DNA of 64,000 bases, taken from contig JAYVIQ010000106.1 of NCBI GenBank assembly GCA_043770215.1, forward strand, positions 13,729 through 77,728. The letters run 5' to 3'. This document shows, one piece after another, positions 19,622-29,293 of the stretch. Below the pieces are notes generated by a model. It was not told the origin of the DNA. It did not search any database and saw nothing but the letters and a program-made list of their open reading frames with translations. Both the position numbers and the translations under genes were made by a program. Position 1 is the stretch's first letter. Every line of letters starts with the position of its first letter. Source of the DNA: Cytophagales bacterium (lineage in GTDB: Bacteria; Bacteroidota; Bacteroidia; Cytophagales; JAAEPT01).

Positions 19622-22600
19622 ATGCAAAGAGCAATACTATTTTTACTTTTTTCAATTTCTTTTTTTACTTCGACTTCACAGTCAGAGCATAACCATTCTT
19701 TGGATAAATCTACCAATAGATTTATAGAAAATAAAGGGCAATGGGATGAAAAAATTGTTTTCAAAAGTGAATTGGCTAACGCTACAATACTTGTCAGCAA
19801 TAGGAACTTGATTTATCAAATAAAAGAAAATGATTTGTACAACAAGTACATGGCAGATTTACATGATGGTAAATTTAAACAAGACAGTACCTACTATTAC
19901 AAAAGTGCAGATATTTTACTAGAGTTTGAAGGAGCAGACACTGCCGCTAAACCTAGAGGTAAGTTTGCCAATACAGAAAAAAGAAACTATCTGTTAGGCA
20001 ATGATAGTACAAAATGGGGTAGGAATGTGCTAAGTTATTCAGATATTGAAATCACCAATTTATATCCCAATATAGATTTTAATTTATACCATTCAGAGAA
20101 CTCCATTAAGTATGAGTTTGAAGTAGCTCCAAATGAAGATTACACTCAAATAAAACTAAAATTTACAGGTCAAGAAAGCCTAGAAATTGCTAAAAATGGC
20201 GATTTATTGATTCATAACGCAATAAGTGACATTATAGAAGATAAGCCTATTGCTTACCAATACATAAAAGGCGTATACAAAGAGGTGACGTGCAAATTTA
20301 AAAAAATAGATATACAAACCATTGGTTTTGAAATTGGTAAAAATTATAACAAAAGATACCCATTGATCATAGACCCACAGCTTATTTTCTCTACAGCTTC
20401 TGGCTCTACAGCAGACAATTGGGGAAACACTGCTTGTTTAGACAACAAAGGAAATTTATACTCTGGTGGTACTGTTTTTGGGACTGAATTTGGTGTTTCT
20501 GGAGTACCAAAAGAAAATGGATTTCCAACAACTTTTGGAGCATTTCAAAGAAAATTTCAAGGGGGTGGTACAGATATTGGCATTTTGAAATTTGATTCTT
20601 CTGGGCAGAATTTAATTTACGCTACTTACATAGGTGGGCAATTTACCGAGATACCTACAAGTATAATAACTAATGATAAACAAGAACTTTTTATCTTAGG
20701 GGTAACATCATCTAAAGATTTTCCAAAAGCTGTAAACGCATTTGCTGGCGGTAAAGCATTTGACCCAGTTGGTGGATACACTTTTGAAAATGGTACTGAT
20801 ATAATTATCATAAAGCTTAATAGTTCTGGAAGTGATGTAATAAAATCTAGGTATGTTGGTGGTCCTTTAAACGATGGAGATAACATGAAACTACCTCAAT
20901 TTAGGCGTTTCCCACAAAATTATTTAAGTGTGATTAATTACGGCGATGAGCTTAGGGGAGAAATAATTATTGATAAAGAAGAAAATATTTATGTGGCTTC
21001 TTCTACAAACAACGGTGTTTATGATTTTATTAATGAAGACCGGAATCAATCTACATTTTTCCCTACAAAAAATGCTTTTCAGCCAAATTTTGGTGGTGGG
21101 TTTCAAGATGGTGTAGTTTTCAAAGTGCATCATTCATTAGACTCTTTGGTATGGAGCAGTTATTTGGGTGGGCGCTTACCAGATGCAGCTTACGGTTTGG
21201 TACTTGGCAAAGAAAACAGTGTGTATGTAACTGGTATTTGTTCATCACCAATTTTTAATAGAAATGCAAAAACATATAAACCAGATTTTCAAGGGGTTTA
21301 TGATGGGTATGTAGCCAAAATAACTCCTGATGGCAAATCTATAAATGCCTACACGTACTTAGGAACCCCAAATAAAGATGCCTCATACTTTATTAAAAAT
21401 GATGAGGAAGAAAATATTTATGTATTAGGCCAAACTTTTGGCAACTATGGGCATTTCCCATCTACTATCTATAGTAACAAAAATGAAGGATTATTTGTCC
21501 ATAAATTAGGAGCGAAATTAGATACTTCCTACTTCTATACAACTATAGGAGATAGCTTAGGGGATTTTAGACCTAATATCTCGCCCACTGCATTTTTGGT
21601 AAATGAATGTGGCAATATTTTTATTTCTGGTTGGGGAGGCGCATCTAATTACATTGGATCCAATACAAATAGAATGGAAGTAACTAAAAATGCTTTTAAA
21701 AATACTACTGATGGCAATGATTTTTATATGGCAGTGTATCTAAAAGATATGGATTCTTTACTATACGCTACCTATTTTGGGGTTGATGGTGTAGCAGAGC
21801 ATGTAGATGGTGGCACAAGTAGATTTAGTGACCAAGGCATAGTGTACCAAAGTGTATGTGCTGGATGTGGAGATGGTGGAAAACCTTTTGTAGTTTATCC
21901 AACCAATTCTACTGGTGCTTACCCCCAACAAAACAAAAGTGCCAATTGCAACAACGGTGTTTTTAAGTATGACTTGTCTTCTTTAAACGCAAAAATAGGA
22001 GTTTCTGATGGTTGTGGACCTCTGACTCAATATTTTGTAAACCAAACTGATGGAGGGGTAGATTATTTTTGGGATTTTGGAGATGGTACAAATACACTTG
22101 TTTTTACAAAAGAAACAATAAAACATACGTATAAAAAAGCAGGGAGGTATAAAGTCTCTCTAACTACTACAGATTTAACCACATGTAAGCGCACAGATAC
22201 CGATTTTGAATTTGTAAATGTTTCTGATAGATTGTCACCTAAAATATTTGCAGATTCGGTGTGTAAAGCCGAAAAAATTGAGTGGGACAAATATGCTGAT
22301 GAAGATTTTGTTACATACGCCTGGAGCCCCAGTACAGGATTAGATAACCAGGCAATAAAAAACCCAGTTATTACAGCACCAGATAACAGTATACGTTATT
22401 TTATTACTCTTAAAGATGCTTTAGGTTGCGAGAGAAAAGATACTTTAGACGTATTTGTTCCTTTTTTCTCTTCAAATCTTTCTGCTTCTATAGTATCTAG
22501 TTGCCAGCATTTAAGTATTCCTAAAATAGAATTGTCTTCAAATTATACCAGTAATTTCATGCCCCAAAATTTAGATTGGAAAATAAATACAGAAGAGGTT

Positions 22601-22966
22601 AAAACAGAAGGGAACAAACTCGTGTACACACCGCCAACTTTTGGAGAGTTTAAAATAAACGTGAAAGCAAATTTTAAGACTTGTGAGTTTAATGATATGA
22701 GAACTGTTTTTTTACCTCAAATAAAAGTGCCAAACATTATTACACCTAATCAAGACAGCAAGAACGATGTTTTTAAAATAGAGGGGCTGGAAGCAGGTGG
22801 GAACTGGAGTCTTTTAATTGCCAACCGCTGGGGAAAAGAAGTTTTTGAAACAAATGCATATGACAACAAATGGGATGCCAACGCAGTATCTGCCGGAACG
22901 TATTTTTATGAACTCAAAGGACCAAATGGTGACAAATGCAAAGGATGGTTACAAGTTGTAAAATAA
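19622..22966 (+). CDS. Large secreted protein with PKD-like domain and T9SS type-B (gliding-motility-associated) C-terminal domain
   Basis: 1114 aa with a signal peptide. N-terminal FIENKGQWDEKIVF motif, PKD-like segment (YFWDFGDGT) and C-terminus PNIITPNQDSKNDVFKIEG...GTYFYEL. Confidence 0.8.
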   Translation: MQRAILFLLFSISFFTSTSQSEHNHSLDKSTNRFIENKGQWDEKIVFKSELANATILVSNRNLIYQIKENDLYNKYMADLHDGKFKQDSTYYYKSADILLEFEGADTAAKPRGKFANTEKRNYLLGNDSTKWGRNVLSYSDIEITNLYPNIDFNLYHSENSIKYEFEVAPNEDYTQIKLKFTGQESLEIAKNGDLLIHNAISDIIEDKPIAYQYIKGVYKEVTCKFKKIDIQTIGFEIGKNYNKRYPLIIDPQLIFSTASGSTADNWGNTACLDNKGNLYSGGTVFGTEFGVSGVPKENGFPTTFGAFQRKFQGGGTDIGILKFDSSGQNLIYATYIGGQFTEIPTSIITNDKQELFILGVTSSKDFPKAVNAFAGGKAFDPVGGYTFENGTDIIIIKLNSSGSDVIKSRYVGGPLNDGDNMKLPQFRRFPQNYLSVINYGDELRGEIIIDKEENIYVASSTNNGVYDFINEDRNQSTFFPTKNAFQPNFGGGFQDGVVFKVHHSLDSLVWSSYLGGRLPDAAYGLVLGKENSVYVTGICSSPIFNRNAKTYKPDFQGVYDGYVAKITPDGKSINAYTYLGTPNKDASYFIKNDEEENIYVLGQTFGNYGHFPSTIYSNKNEGLFVHKLGAKLDTSYFYTTIGDSLGDFRPNISPTAFLVNECGNIFISGWGGASNYIGSNTNRMEVTKNAFKNTTDGNDFYMAVYLKDMDSLLYATYFGVDGVAEHVDGGTSRFSDQGIVYQSVCAGCGDGGKPFVVYPTNSTGAYPQQNKSANCNNGVFKYDLSSLNAKIGVSDGCGPLTQYFVNQTDGGVDYFWDFGDGTNTLVFTKETIKHTYKKAGRYKVSLTTTDLTTCKRTDTDFEFVNVSDRLSPKIFADSVCKAEKIEWDKYADEDFVTYAWSPSTGLDNQAIKNPVITAPDNSIRYFITLKDALGCERKDTLDVFVPFFSSNLSASIVSSCQHLSIPKIELSSNYTSNFMPQNLDWKINTEEVKTEGNKLVYTPPTFGEFKINVKANFKTCEFNDMRTVFLPQIKVPNIITPNQDSKNDVFKIEGLEAGGNWSLLIANRWGKEVFETNAYDNKWDANAVSAGTYFYELKGPNGDKCKGWLQVVK

Positions 22967-23289
22967 CAATATGTTTGAATGTATTTTAAAGTTCAGCATC
23001 AATTTTCTTAATAGGTATTTCATAAAAGCCAATGGGTATCTAAATTAGATAAATTTTTGTAATGCAATTGATTTTAGATAAAGGGGACAAAACTAAAGTA
23101 ATTTTAGAATGTAAAACGTTAATTCCGCTAAAAGGAATCAATGTTAATAGTGTAAGTAAGGGGATAAACTTTTTTAAACGGTTTCAAAAAAAACGATTCA
23201 ATTTCATAAACTTATCCACAGAAAAAACCTTTGTTTTCTGTCTTGAATTGCTTTTAAAGCATTTTTTATGCTTTAGTGCGGCTTTAAAG

Positions 23290-23321
23290 TAGTACTATTT
23301 CCAAACAATTTTAGTACTATT
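23290..23321. promoter_or_regulatory. Candidate operator: two copies of TAGTACTATT (palindromic core TAGTACTA) spaced 22 bp apart
   Basis: Exact 10-mers at 23290-23299 and 23312-23321, 45-76 bp upstream of the ATG at 23366. Confidence 0.3.
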
Positions 23322-23365
23322 CTCGTTAATTACTCAATTTACACCATTTAAAACGGAGGACTATT

Positions 23366-23770
23366 ATGAAAGCATTTACATACTTAGACACCAAATTCAT
23401 TGCATTAAATGGCGACTTGGCAAATATAGTAAGTGGGGGGACAGCAATGTTGCAAAATAACTTATCTAAAACGGATAAAAAATATCAAATACGTGCCAAA
23501 TTACCAAGTTTTGATAACAGATTCTTAAGTGTTGAAATCATTGAAAATCAGTTGATAATTTCTGGGAGCGTGCAGACAATCAGCAAAACAGGCATTGTAT
23601 TTAATCTCCCTTTTGCTTCCAGAGCTTTTGGAATACCAGAAAATGTAGAAAAAGATAAAATAGAAGTATTTGAAAAAGAAGGTTATTTAATTGTAGAAAT
23701 GCCTGAGTCAGGTTCTAAAAAACCTAGAGACAGAAGAAATATAGATATTAATTTTGATGACGATTTTTGA
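23366..23770 (+). CDS. Divergent Hsp20/alpha-crystallin-like small heat-shock protein
   Basis: YQIRAKLPSFDNRFLSVEIIENQLIISGS ... FASRAFGIPENVEKDKIEVFEKEGYLIVEMP follows the ACD pattern. Confidence 0.55.
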   Translation: MKAFTYLDTKFIALNGDLANIVSGGTAMLQNNLSKTDKKYQIRAKLPSFDNRFLSVEIIENQLIISGSVQTISKTGIVFNLPFASRAFGIPENVEKDKIEVFEKEGYLIVEMPESGSKKPRDRRNIDINFDDDF

Positions 23771-23810
23771 TATTTTTACAAGATAAATTGCATCAAGTAC
23801 TGAAATAAAA

Positions 23811-23841
23811 AACTTTGGGAGTATGATTAGCTCTCAAAGTT
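23811..23841. terminator. Hairpin between the convergent hsp20-like and J-domain genes
   Basis: AACTTTGGGAG / CTCTCAAAGTT, an 11-bp stem with one G-T pair and a 9-nt loop, flanked by A-run and T-run. Confidence 0.4.
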
Positions 23842-23873
23842 TTGCCTCATTTATTGAAAAGGCAGTCCATTTT

Positions 23874-25061
23874 TTAGGAATAAAAATAATACAAGTCTAA
23901 CCCCAAAACTTTAAATGTTTGCATTTCTTCATTTGTCCATAAAATAGATTTTACTTTGTCTTTGTTGAAGTCTACACCAGTCAATTTTCTTAAAATTCCC
24001 CTTTGAGTTTCTTTTCTAATCATATTTTCTAACAATTCTTCTAGCATAAAAAGTTCATTTCTTTTAGTTCCATTTTTGGATAGAGCTAGATATTGAAAAA
24101 GTGCGGGGATTACAAGAACATGACCTTGGCTTGTTGCCAAAATATCTCTATACAATGGTCCATAAATGGATTGCATGCCTTCTAAAAATTTAGGGACAAT
24201 AACATAGATCAGATCTTCGGCAAGGTCATTTTTTTTATGTTTCAAAAGTACACTCATTAATCCAAATGCAACCTCAAAAGATTCTATTTTTTGTTTTTTT
24301 AGGTATGTTACTCTTTCTTTTAATTGTTTTGAATCATTATTTATGAGTAATAAACAAATTATTTTTGTGCTGTTTTCATAGCTGATCTTATACCCATATT
24401 TTTTGGAGAATAGTTCTAATTGCCTGTATGCTGTTAGGCTTTCTTTATATCTTTTCACTTCAAATAACTGCACTGCTTTTTTTTCTGTTTGTTTCAAAAG
24501 CGCGTCTTCGAGTTCTTTTATTAATGTGTAATTTCCTGAAAAAAGAGCTATGCTATCTAAGTTTTTAGAAGCTTCTACAAAGTTTTCTTTTTTGGTGTAT
24601 AGTATTGTTTTGCTTTTTAAATGCTGATTTATTTTTGCCAATTGCTCTATACTAGTTATGTTTTGGGGTTTAAAATGACTTAGGGCAAGTATGGCTATAA
24701 ACATAAGAATCATAACAAAAGAAACTTTTATGTATACTTTTTGAAATTCAGTGAATACAATTTTCACCTCTTTTTTTCTTGTCCACTGATGATTCTTTTT
24801 ATTGGGTGGTTGGTTAGGGGTGTTGTATGCGGATATTGGTTGTTGAGTACCATATTTCAGAAACGCATCATACTTTTGTTTAGCAATAGGATTATTTAAA
24901 ACTTGGTAAGCATTATTCAACTCTTTAAATGCGTTTTCAAAAAGAGCAGATCCTCCATTTTTGTCTGGATGATATTTCATAGCCAATACCCTAAATGCTT
25001 TCTGTACATCTTTTGCATCAGAAAAAATAGGTAAGCCTAATGTTTGGTAATGATTGCTCAC
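23874..25061 (-). CDS. J-domain (DnaJ-like) membrane protein
   Basis: N-terminal J domain (YQTLGLP..AFRVLAMKYHPDKNGG), one TM (VSFVMILMFIAILAL) and an uncharacterised helical C-terminus. Confidence 0.75.
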   Translation of the reverse strand: MSNHYQTLGLPIFSDAKDVQKAFRVLAMKYHPDKNGGSALFENAFKELNNAYQVLNNPIAKQKYDAFLKYGTQQPISAYNTPNQPPNKKNHQWTRKKEVKIVFTEFQKVYIKVSFVMILMFIAILALSHFKPQNITSIEQLAKINQHLKSKTILYTKKENFVEASKNLDSIALFSGNYTLIKELEDALLKQTEKKAVQLFEVKRYKESLTAYRQLELFSKKYGYKISYENSTKIICLLLINNDSKQLKERVTYLKKQKIESFEVAFGLMSVLLKHKKNDLAEDLIYVIVPKFLEGMQSIYGPLYRDILATSQGHVLVIPALFQYLALSKNGTKRNELFMLEELLENMIRKETQRGILRKLTGVDFNKDKVKSILWTNEEMQTFKVLGLDLYYFYS

Positions 25062-25269
25062 TTTGAGTAACTATTAATTATATTTTTTTCATTTATTCTA
25101 AAAATTCATTTTTTTTGAAACTATATTTCTGAATTTAGTGGTGAATTTATATAGATTCTAGAATTTTTATATATGTGTGTTCTACCAATTATAGAGTATT
25201 TTATTACCGAAGTTGGCATAGTATAAATTTAATTAAAATTTTAATAATCAATAGAATATAAAATATTTT

Positions 25270-25438
25270 GTGAATATCCGCAATGATACCAGCACCTATT
25301 ATTTTTTTGCGAAAAGGATCAAAGCGGAGCTCTTTTTTGCTTTTTCAGCAAAAAAAGCGAGAGCGTAGAGCCTGACCCGATAGGGTTTCGTCCAAAATCA
25401 CTAATCAATTCCACTACTAGTACAATAACGGATATTCA
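25270..25438 (+). mobile_element. MITE-like repeat, copy 2 (longest, intact ends)
   Basis: Starts (G)TGAATATCCG and ends CGGATATTCA, a perfect 10-bp TIR. The 11-mer TAAAATATTTT occurs on both flanks (25259-25269, 25439-25449). Central hairpin CTTTTTTGC-N7-GCAAAAAAG. Confidence 0.75.
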
Positions 25439-25865
25439 TAAAATATTTTTAACTTTTTTATTTTACAAACAAAGTGAACTTTTATATACACTTTTCTGCT
25501 AGAAGTTTTTTTTAATACCTGCGGAAGAAGTTACAAATTATAACCGAATGTACTTTTATCAAATTAAGATATACTGTTTTGTTAAAACTGTATAAAAAGT
25601 GGGTTTTCGAGCTATTTTTTTTGTAAAAATCCAACGTTGGGGCTTTAGTGATGTAGCACGCTAAACCGATAATTTTACTTTAAATTCATAACTTCTTCTA
25701 TTCATTTAGAATACAATATCCAATTGGAATCATTTTAGTATCCGGAGATCTGTTTGGGCTAACAATCTCTGTACGTATAGGAAAAAAATTCTAAAAGATT
25801 TATGTCTTTAAGTATTTGTAAAATTTGAGCTTCTATGTCTTTAGCTAGGTAAGTAAATGAGTAAA

Positions 25866-26213
25866 TTATTTTTTAACGCTCATATGAAGGACATAATTTA
25901 AAATAAGTTTTTCATCATCTGGACTAAGCTTTGGAGAAGATGCATTCACTTTTTTCACCATTCTAGGAACAATGCGTCTCCATTCAGATTCCGGTTCGCT
26001 TTCTGGGTTTTTTAGTCCATGACATGAGCCACAGTTTTGGGTATACAACAATTTCCCTTCAAGTATTTCAGTAGTTAGGGTATCTAAACTGAGTTGTTCT
26101 GCCACAACTTCTTTTTCATCTGCCGTATTTTTTTTGGCGTTTAACGTTGTTTTTTTTGCAGCGCAAGCACAACAAACAAGAGTTGCTATAATGATTGTTA
26201 TTTTTTTTAACAT
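25866..26213 (-). CDS. Small c-type cytochrome lipoprotein
   Basis: Lipobox-like N-terminus (LVCCACAAKK) and a single heme motif CGSCH. Confidence 0.7.
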   Translation of the reverse strand: MLKKITIIIATLVCCACAAKKTTLNAKKNTADEKEVVAEQLSLDTLTTEILEGKLLYTQNCGSCHGLKNPESEPESEWRRIVPRMVKKVNASSPKLSPDDEKLILNYVLHMSVKK

Positions 26214-26390
26214 TTACTTAATTTCTAGTTACAATTTCTACTCTAATAAACTTACAAAAAAATATCAAAATATCAAGTCAGAAAACGAACAAACATTTGA
26301 ACAACACAACCATAGAGCACCTTGTTTGTATTAAATACATTTAATTTATATTTCTTAAAACTAAATCAATTTATACGTCATAAAAGGTAT

Positions 26391-27926
26391 CTATTCCCCT
26401 TTTTTCAACACAATTCTAAATGTAACCCCCTTGCCTAATTGGCTTTGTTTTACAAAAATATTACCCTTATGGTACTCATTTACAATTCTTTTAACTAGTG
26501 TAAGCCCTAATCCCCAACCTCTTTTTTTAGTTGTATAGCCAGGCTTAAATATTTCTTCTTGCTTGTTTTTTGGTATGCCTTTTCCTGTGTCTGAAACATC
26601 TAACACTATCTTACCATCTATTTCTTGAATGATAAAAGTCAGTGAACCTACTCCATCCATGGCATCTACAGCATTTTTGCTTAAGTTTTCTATGACCCAT
26701 CCAAAAAGCGGTACATTTATCATTGCAAGTGGTTTTTCTACATGGCATTCAGCATGAAAAGCAACCTTTTTAGAGATTCTTTTTTTTAGATATTCTATAG
26801 ATTCTGTCACTAGTTCCAGCAAATTCTGAGAGGTCAAATCTGGTTCTGAGCCAATCTTAGAAAAACGATCTGTAATTATTTCAAGTCTAGAAATATCTCT
26901 CTGCATTTCTGCTAAAAGGGGTTCGTTTTCATAGTTCATTTTTAGTAACTCTATCCAAGCCATAAGAGAAGAGATTGGGGTACCCAACTGATGAGCCGTT
27001 TCTTTGGACATACCTACCCAAACTTGATTTTGTTCTGCTTTTCTAGAGCTTGAAAACAAATGGTAGGCAATAAAAATAAATAAACCTATGATTAAAAATT
27101 GAACAAAAGGATAATACTTTAATTGCTTTAATAGAAATGATTTTTTGTAAAAAATATAATTCACAGACCCATCTTTTAGTTCTACTTTTATAGGCTCATT
27201 CTCTGCCCTCATTGTAGAAATTTGTTCTAATAGTTCTTCTCTGGTAAAATTATTTCCGTCCTCTTTTGTGCCGCCCAACACGTTAGACTCTAAATTACTG
27301 TAATGCAATATTTTCTTTTGGGAGCTATCTGTATACACAACCGGTACCGAAGCAGAATTAAGCAATATCTCGTCTAAAAAAGAGGCTAACATTTCGTCTA
27401 AAACATACCTTAGTTGCTCAAATAATTTAGAATCTTTATAATACAAATAATTTTTAGTCCCATCATGTAAGACAATCTCTACAGCTGGGTTGGTTTTTTT
27501 CATTTCCAACAACTGTTGCTGTATATATTTTGAATTCTGTGATTTTGTAGGGTCCAAATTTCTATGCTGATACACCCCTTTTTTTAATTCTAAAATAACA
27601 GGAACGGTTTCATTGCTTTTTACTATTTCTAACAAAAAACTCACATCTCCAGAACTAGGAGCATTTACAAGATACTGAACGCTTTTAGCCCATAGTTCGC
27701 TTTTTTTTCTTTCTTCTGTACTGAATTTTGTAAATAAATCGTTTGCAAATCTTACCAACTCCGCTTTTTCTGTCACAGTTTTGGCCCAAAGAGTTATTTT
27801 TCTTTCCTCTTCTCTAGAAACTTTATCTACTAAAAAATTGGTGTATGCCATAGAAAAACCTATGATAATAAGGGCAGAAACAAACAATACAAGCTTCCAG
27901 CGCTGTTTTTTAGAATATATATTCAT
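26391..27926 (-). CDS. Sensor histidine kinase with no adjacent response regulator
   Basis: Two TMs flank a periplasmic region. H-box ETAHQLGTPISSL and HATPase boxes (ENLSKNAVDA, DTGKGIP, GWGLGL). Confidence 0.85.
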   Translation of the reverse strand: MNIYSKKQRWKLVLFVSALIIIGFSMAYTNFLVDKVSREEERKITLWAKTVTEKAELVRFANDLFTKFSTEERKKSELWAKSVQYLVNAPSSGDVSFLLEIVKSNETVPVILELKKGVYQHRNLDPTKSQNSKYIQQQLLEMKKTNPAVEIVLHDGTKNYLYYKDSKLFEQLRYVLDEMLASFLDEILLNSASVPVVYTDSSQKKILHYSNLESNVLGGTKEDGNNFTREELLEQISTMRAENEPIKVELKDGSVNYIFYKKSFLLKQLKYYPFVQFLIIGLFIFIAYHLFSSSRKAEQNQVWVGMSKETAHQLGTPISSLMAWIELLKMNYENEPLLAEMQRDISRLEIITDRFSKIGSEPDLTSQNLLELVTESIEYLKKRISKKVAFHAECHVEKPLAMINVPLFGWVIENLSKNAVDAMDGVGSLTFIIQEIDGKIVLDVSDTGKGIPKNKQEEIFKPGYTTKKRGWGLGLTLVKRIVNEYHKGNIFVKQSQLGKGVTFRIVLKKGE

Positions 27927-28033
27927 CTATTTTTTAAGTGCTTGTTATTTGTAATTTGTATAAATAAACAATACTTGACATATGTCAGTTCTAAGTTAAC
28001 GCTTTCCTTCTTATTTTTACATGCTGAATAGAA

Positions 28034-29293
28034 ATGGACATACAATTTAAGTACATCGGAGCATCATACCAAAAGGCTAATATTAGTCTTAGGGAATCTA
28101 TTTCACTTAACGAAAAAGAGTGTTTAGAACTTATGTTGAGTATAAAAGATTTTTGTAATTGTCCTGAAATACTCATCATTTCTACTTGCAATAGAACTGG
28201 TATTTATTACAACCATGAAAAAGATTTAAGTGATTCAATTCTGAAGCTTTTAGGAATTAAAAAAGGTATTTCTTCTATTTTAGACCAAAAAGATAGCTTT
28301 GTTTCTATTACTGATCATAAGCAAACTGTTCAGCAATTATTTAGAGTTAGCATGGGGCTAGAGTCTCAAGTTATTGGTGATTTGCAAATTTCTAATCAGT
28401 TTAAAAAAGCATATCAACTAAGCGCTAGTAATGATTTGTGTGGTCCCTTTGTACACAGACTTTTGCATAGTGTTTTTTTTACAAATAAAAGAGTAGCCCA
28501 AGAGACTTCTTATAGAGATGGAACAGCCTCTGTAAGTTATGCAGCAGTAGAATTAATAGAAGATTTTGCACTTAATTTTATAGACTCTAAAGTTCTAATC
28601 GTTGGATTAGGCGAAATGGGAGAAGATGTAGCCAAAAATTTAAAGGATACAAATTTATCTATCACCTTATGCAATAGAACACATTCCACAGCTGTTGAAT
28701 TAGCAAATGAGTTGGGTTTTGCTGTTTTGAACTATGATTTACTTACAGAAAATGTAGCTAATTTTGATATTATTTTAAGTGCAGCACAAGTTTCTGAACC
28801 AATCATAAACGCATCAGATTTTCAAAATTTTACATTTGGACTTAAATACTTAATAGATTTAAGCATACCTAGAAGTATAGATCCAGACATTTCTAAAATA
28901 CCTGGAACATTATTGTACAACATAGATAACATAAAAAACCAGACAGAAGAAACCATACAAAAGAGATTGGCTGCTGTACCAATTGTAGAAAAAATTATTT
29001 TGGAAGCAATAGAAGAGTTTGATAATTGGGAGCAGGAAATGGAAGTTTCTCCAACCATAAACAAATTAAAAAATGCCTTAGAGGATATTAGAAAAGAAGA
29101 AATTACAAGATATCTAAAAAACATAGACACCGCTAGTCTAGAAGTAATAGAAAACATTACTAGAGGCATGATGCAGAAAATTATAAAGTTACCTGTAATG
29201 CAACTTAAAGCAGCCTGTAAACGAGGTGAAGCAGAAACATTGATTGATGTTTTAAACGATCTTTTTAATCTCGAAAAAGATACCGTTAAATAA
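28034..29293 (+). CDS. hemA: Glutamyl-tRNA reductase
   Basis: STCNRTGIYY, GLESQVIGDLQI and the NAD(P) fold VLIVGLGEMGEDVA. Confidence 0.9.
   Translation: MDIQFKYIGASYQKANISLRESISLNEKECLELMLSIKDFCNCPEILIISTCNRTGIYYNHEKDLSDSILKLLGIKKGISSILDQKDSFVSITDHKQTVQQLFRVSMGLESQVIGDLQISNQFKKAYQLSASNDLCGPFVHRLLHSVFFTNKRVAQETSYRDGTASVSYAAVELIEDFALNFIDSKVLIVGLGEMGEDVAKNLKDTNLSITLCNRTHSTAVELANELGFAVLNYDLLTENVANFDIILSAAQVSEPIINASDFQNFTFGLKYLIDLSIPRSIDPDISKIPGTLLYNIDNIKNQTEETIQKRLAAVPIVEKIILEAIEEFDNWEQEMEVSPTINKLKNALEDIRKEEITRYLKNIDTASLEVIENITRGMMQKIIKLPVMQLKAACKRGEAETLIDVLNDLFNLEKDTVK

Noticed and set aside
23062-23292. 76-aa + strand ORF in the region upstream of the hsp20-like gene.
   Set aside because: No motifs, odd composition, and it overlaps the likely promoter and operator region. 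Probably non-coding.
23270-23300. A CIRCE-like heat-shock operator (TTAGTGCGG-N9-AGTACTATT) upstream of the hsp20-like gene.
   Set aside because: The left half-site matches the TTAGCACTC consensus poorly, and the two halves are not good inverted repeats of each other.
25062-25258. Numerous short AT-only palindromes (TTCTAGAA, AAATTTAATTAAAATTT) upstream of the J-domain gene.
   Set aside because: These are expected by chance in DNA of this composition, and I see no repetition or positional pattern.
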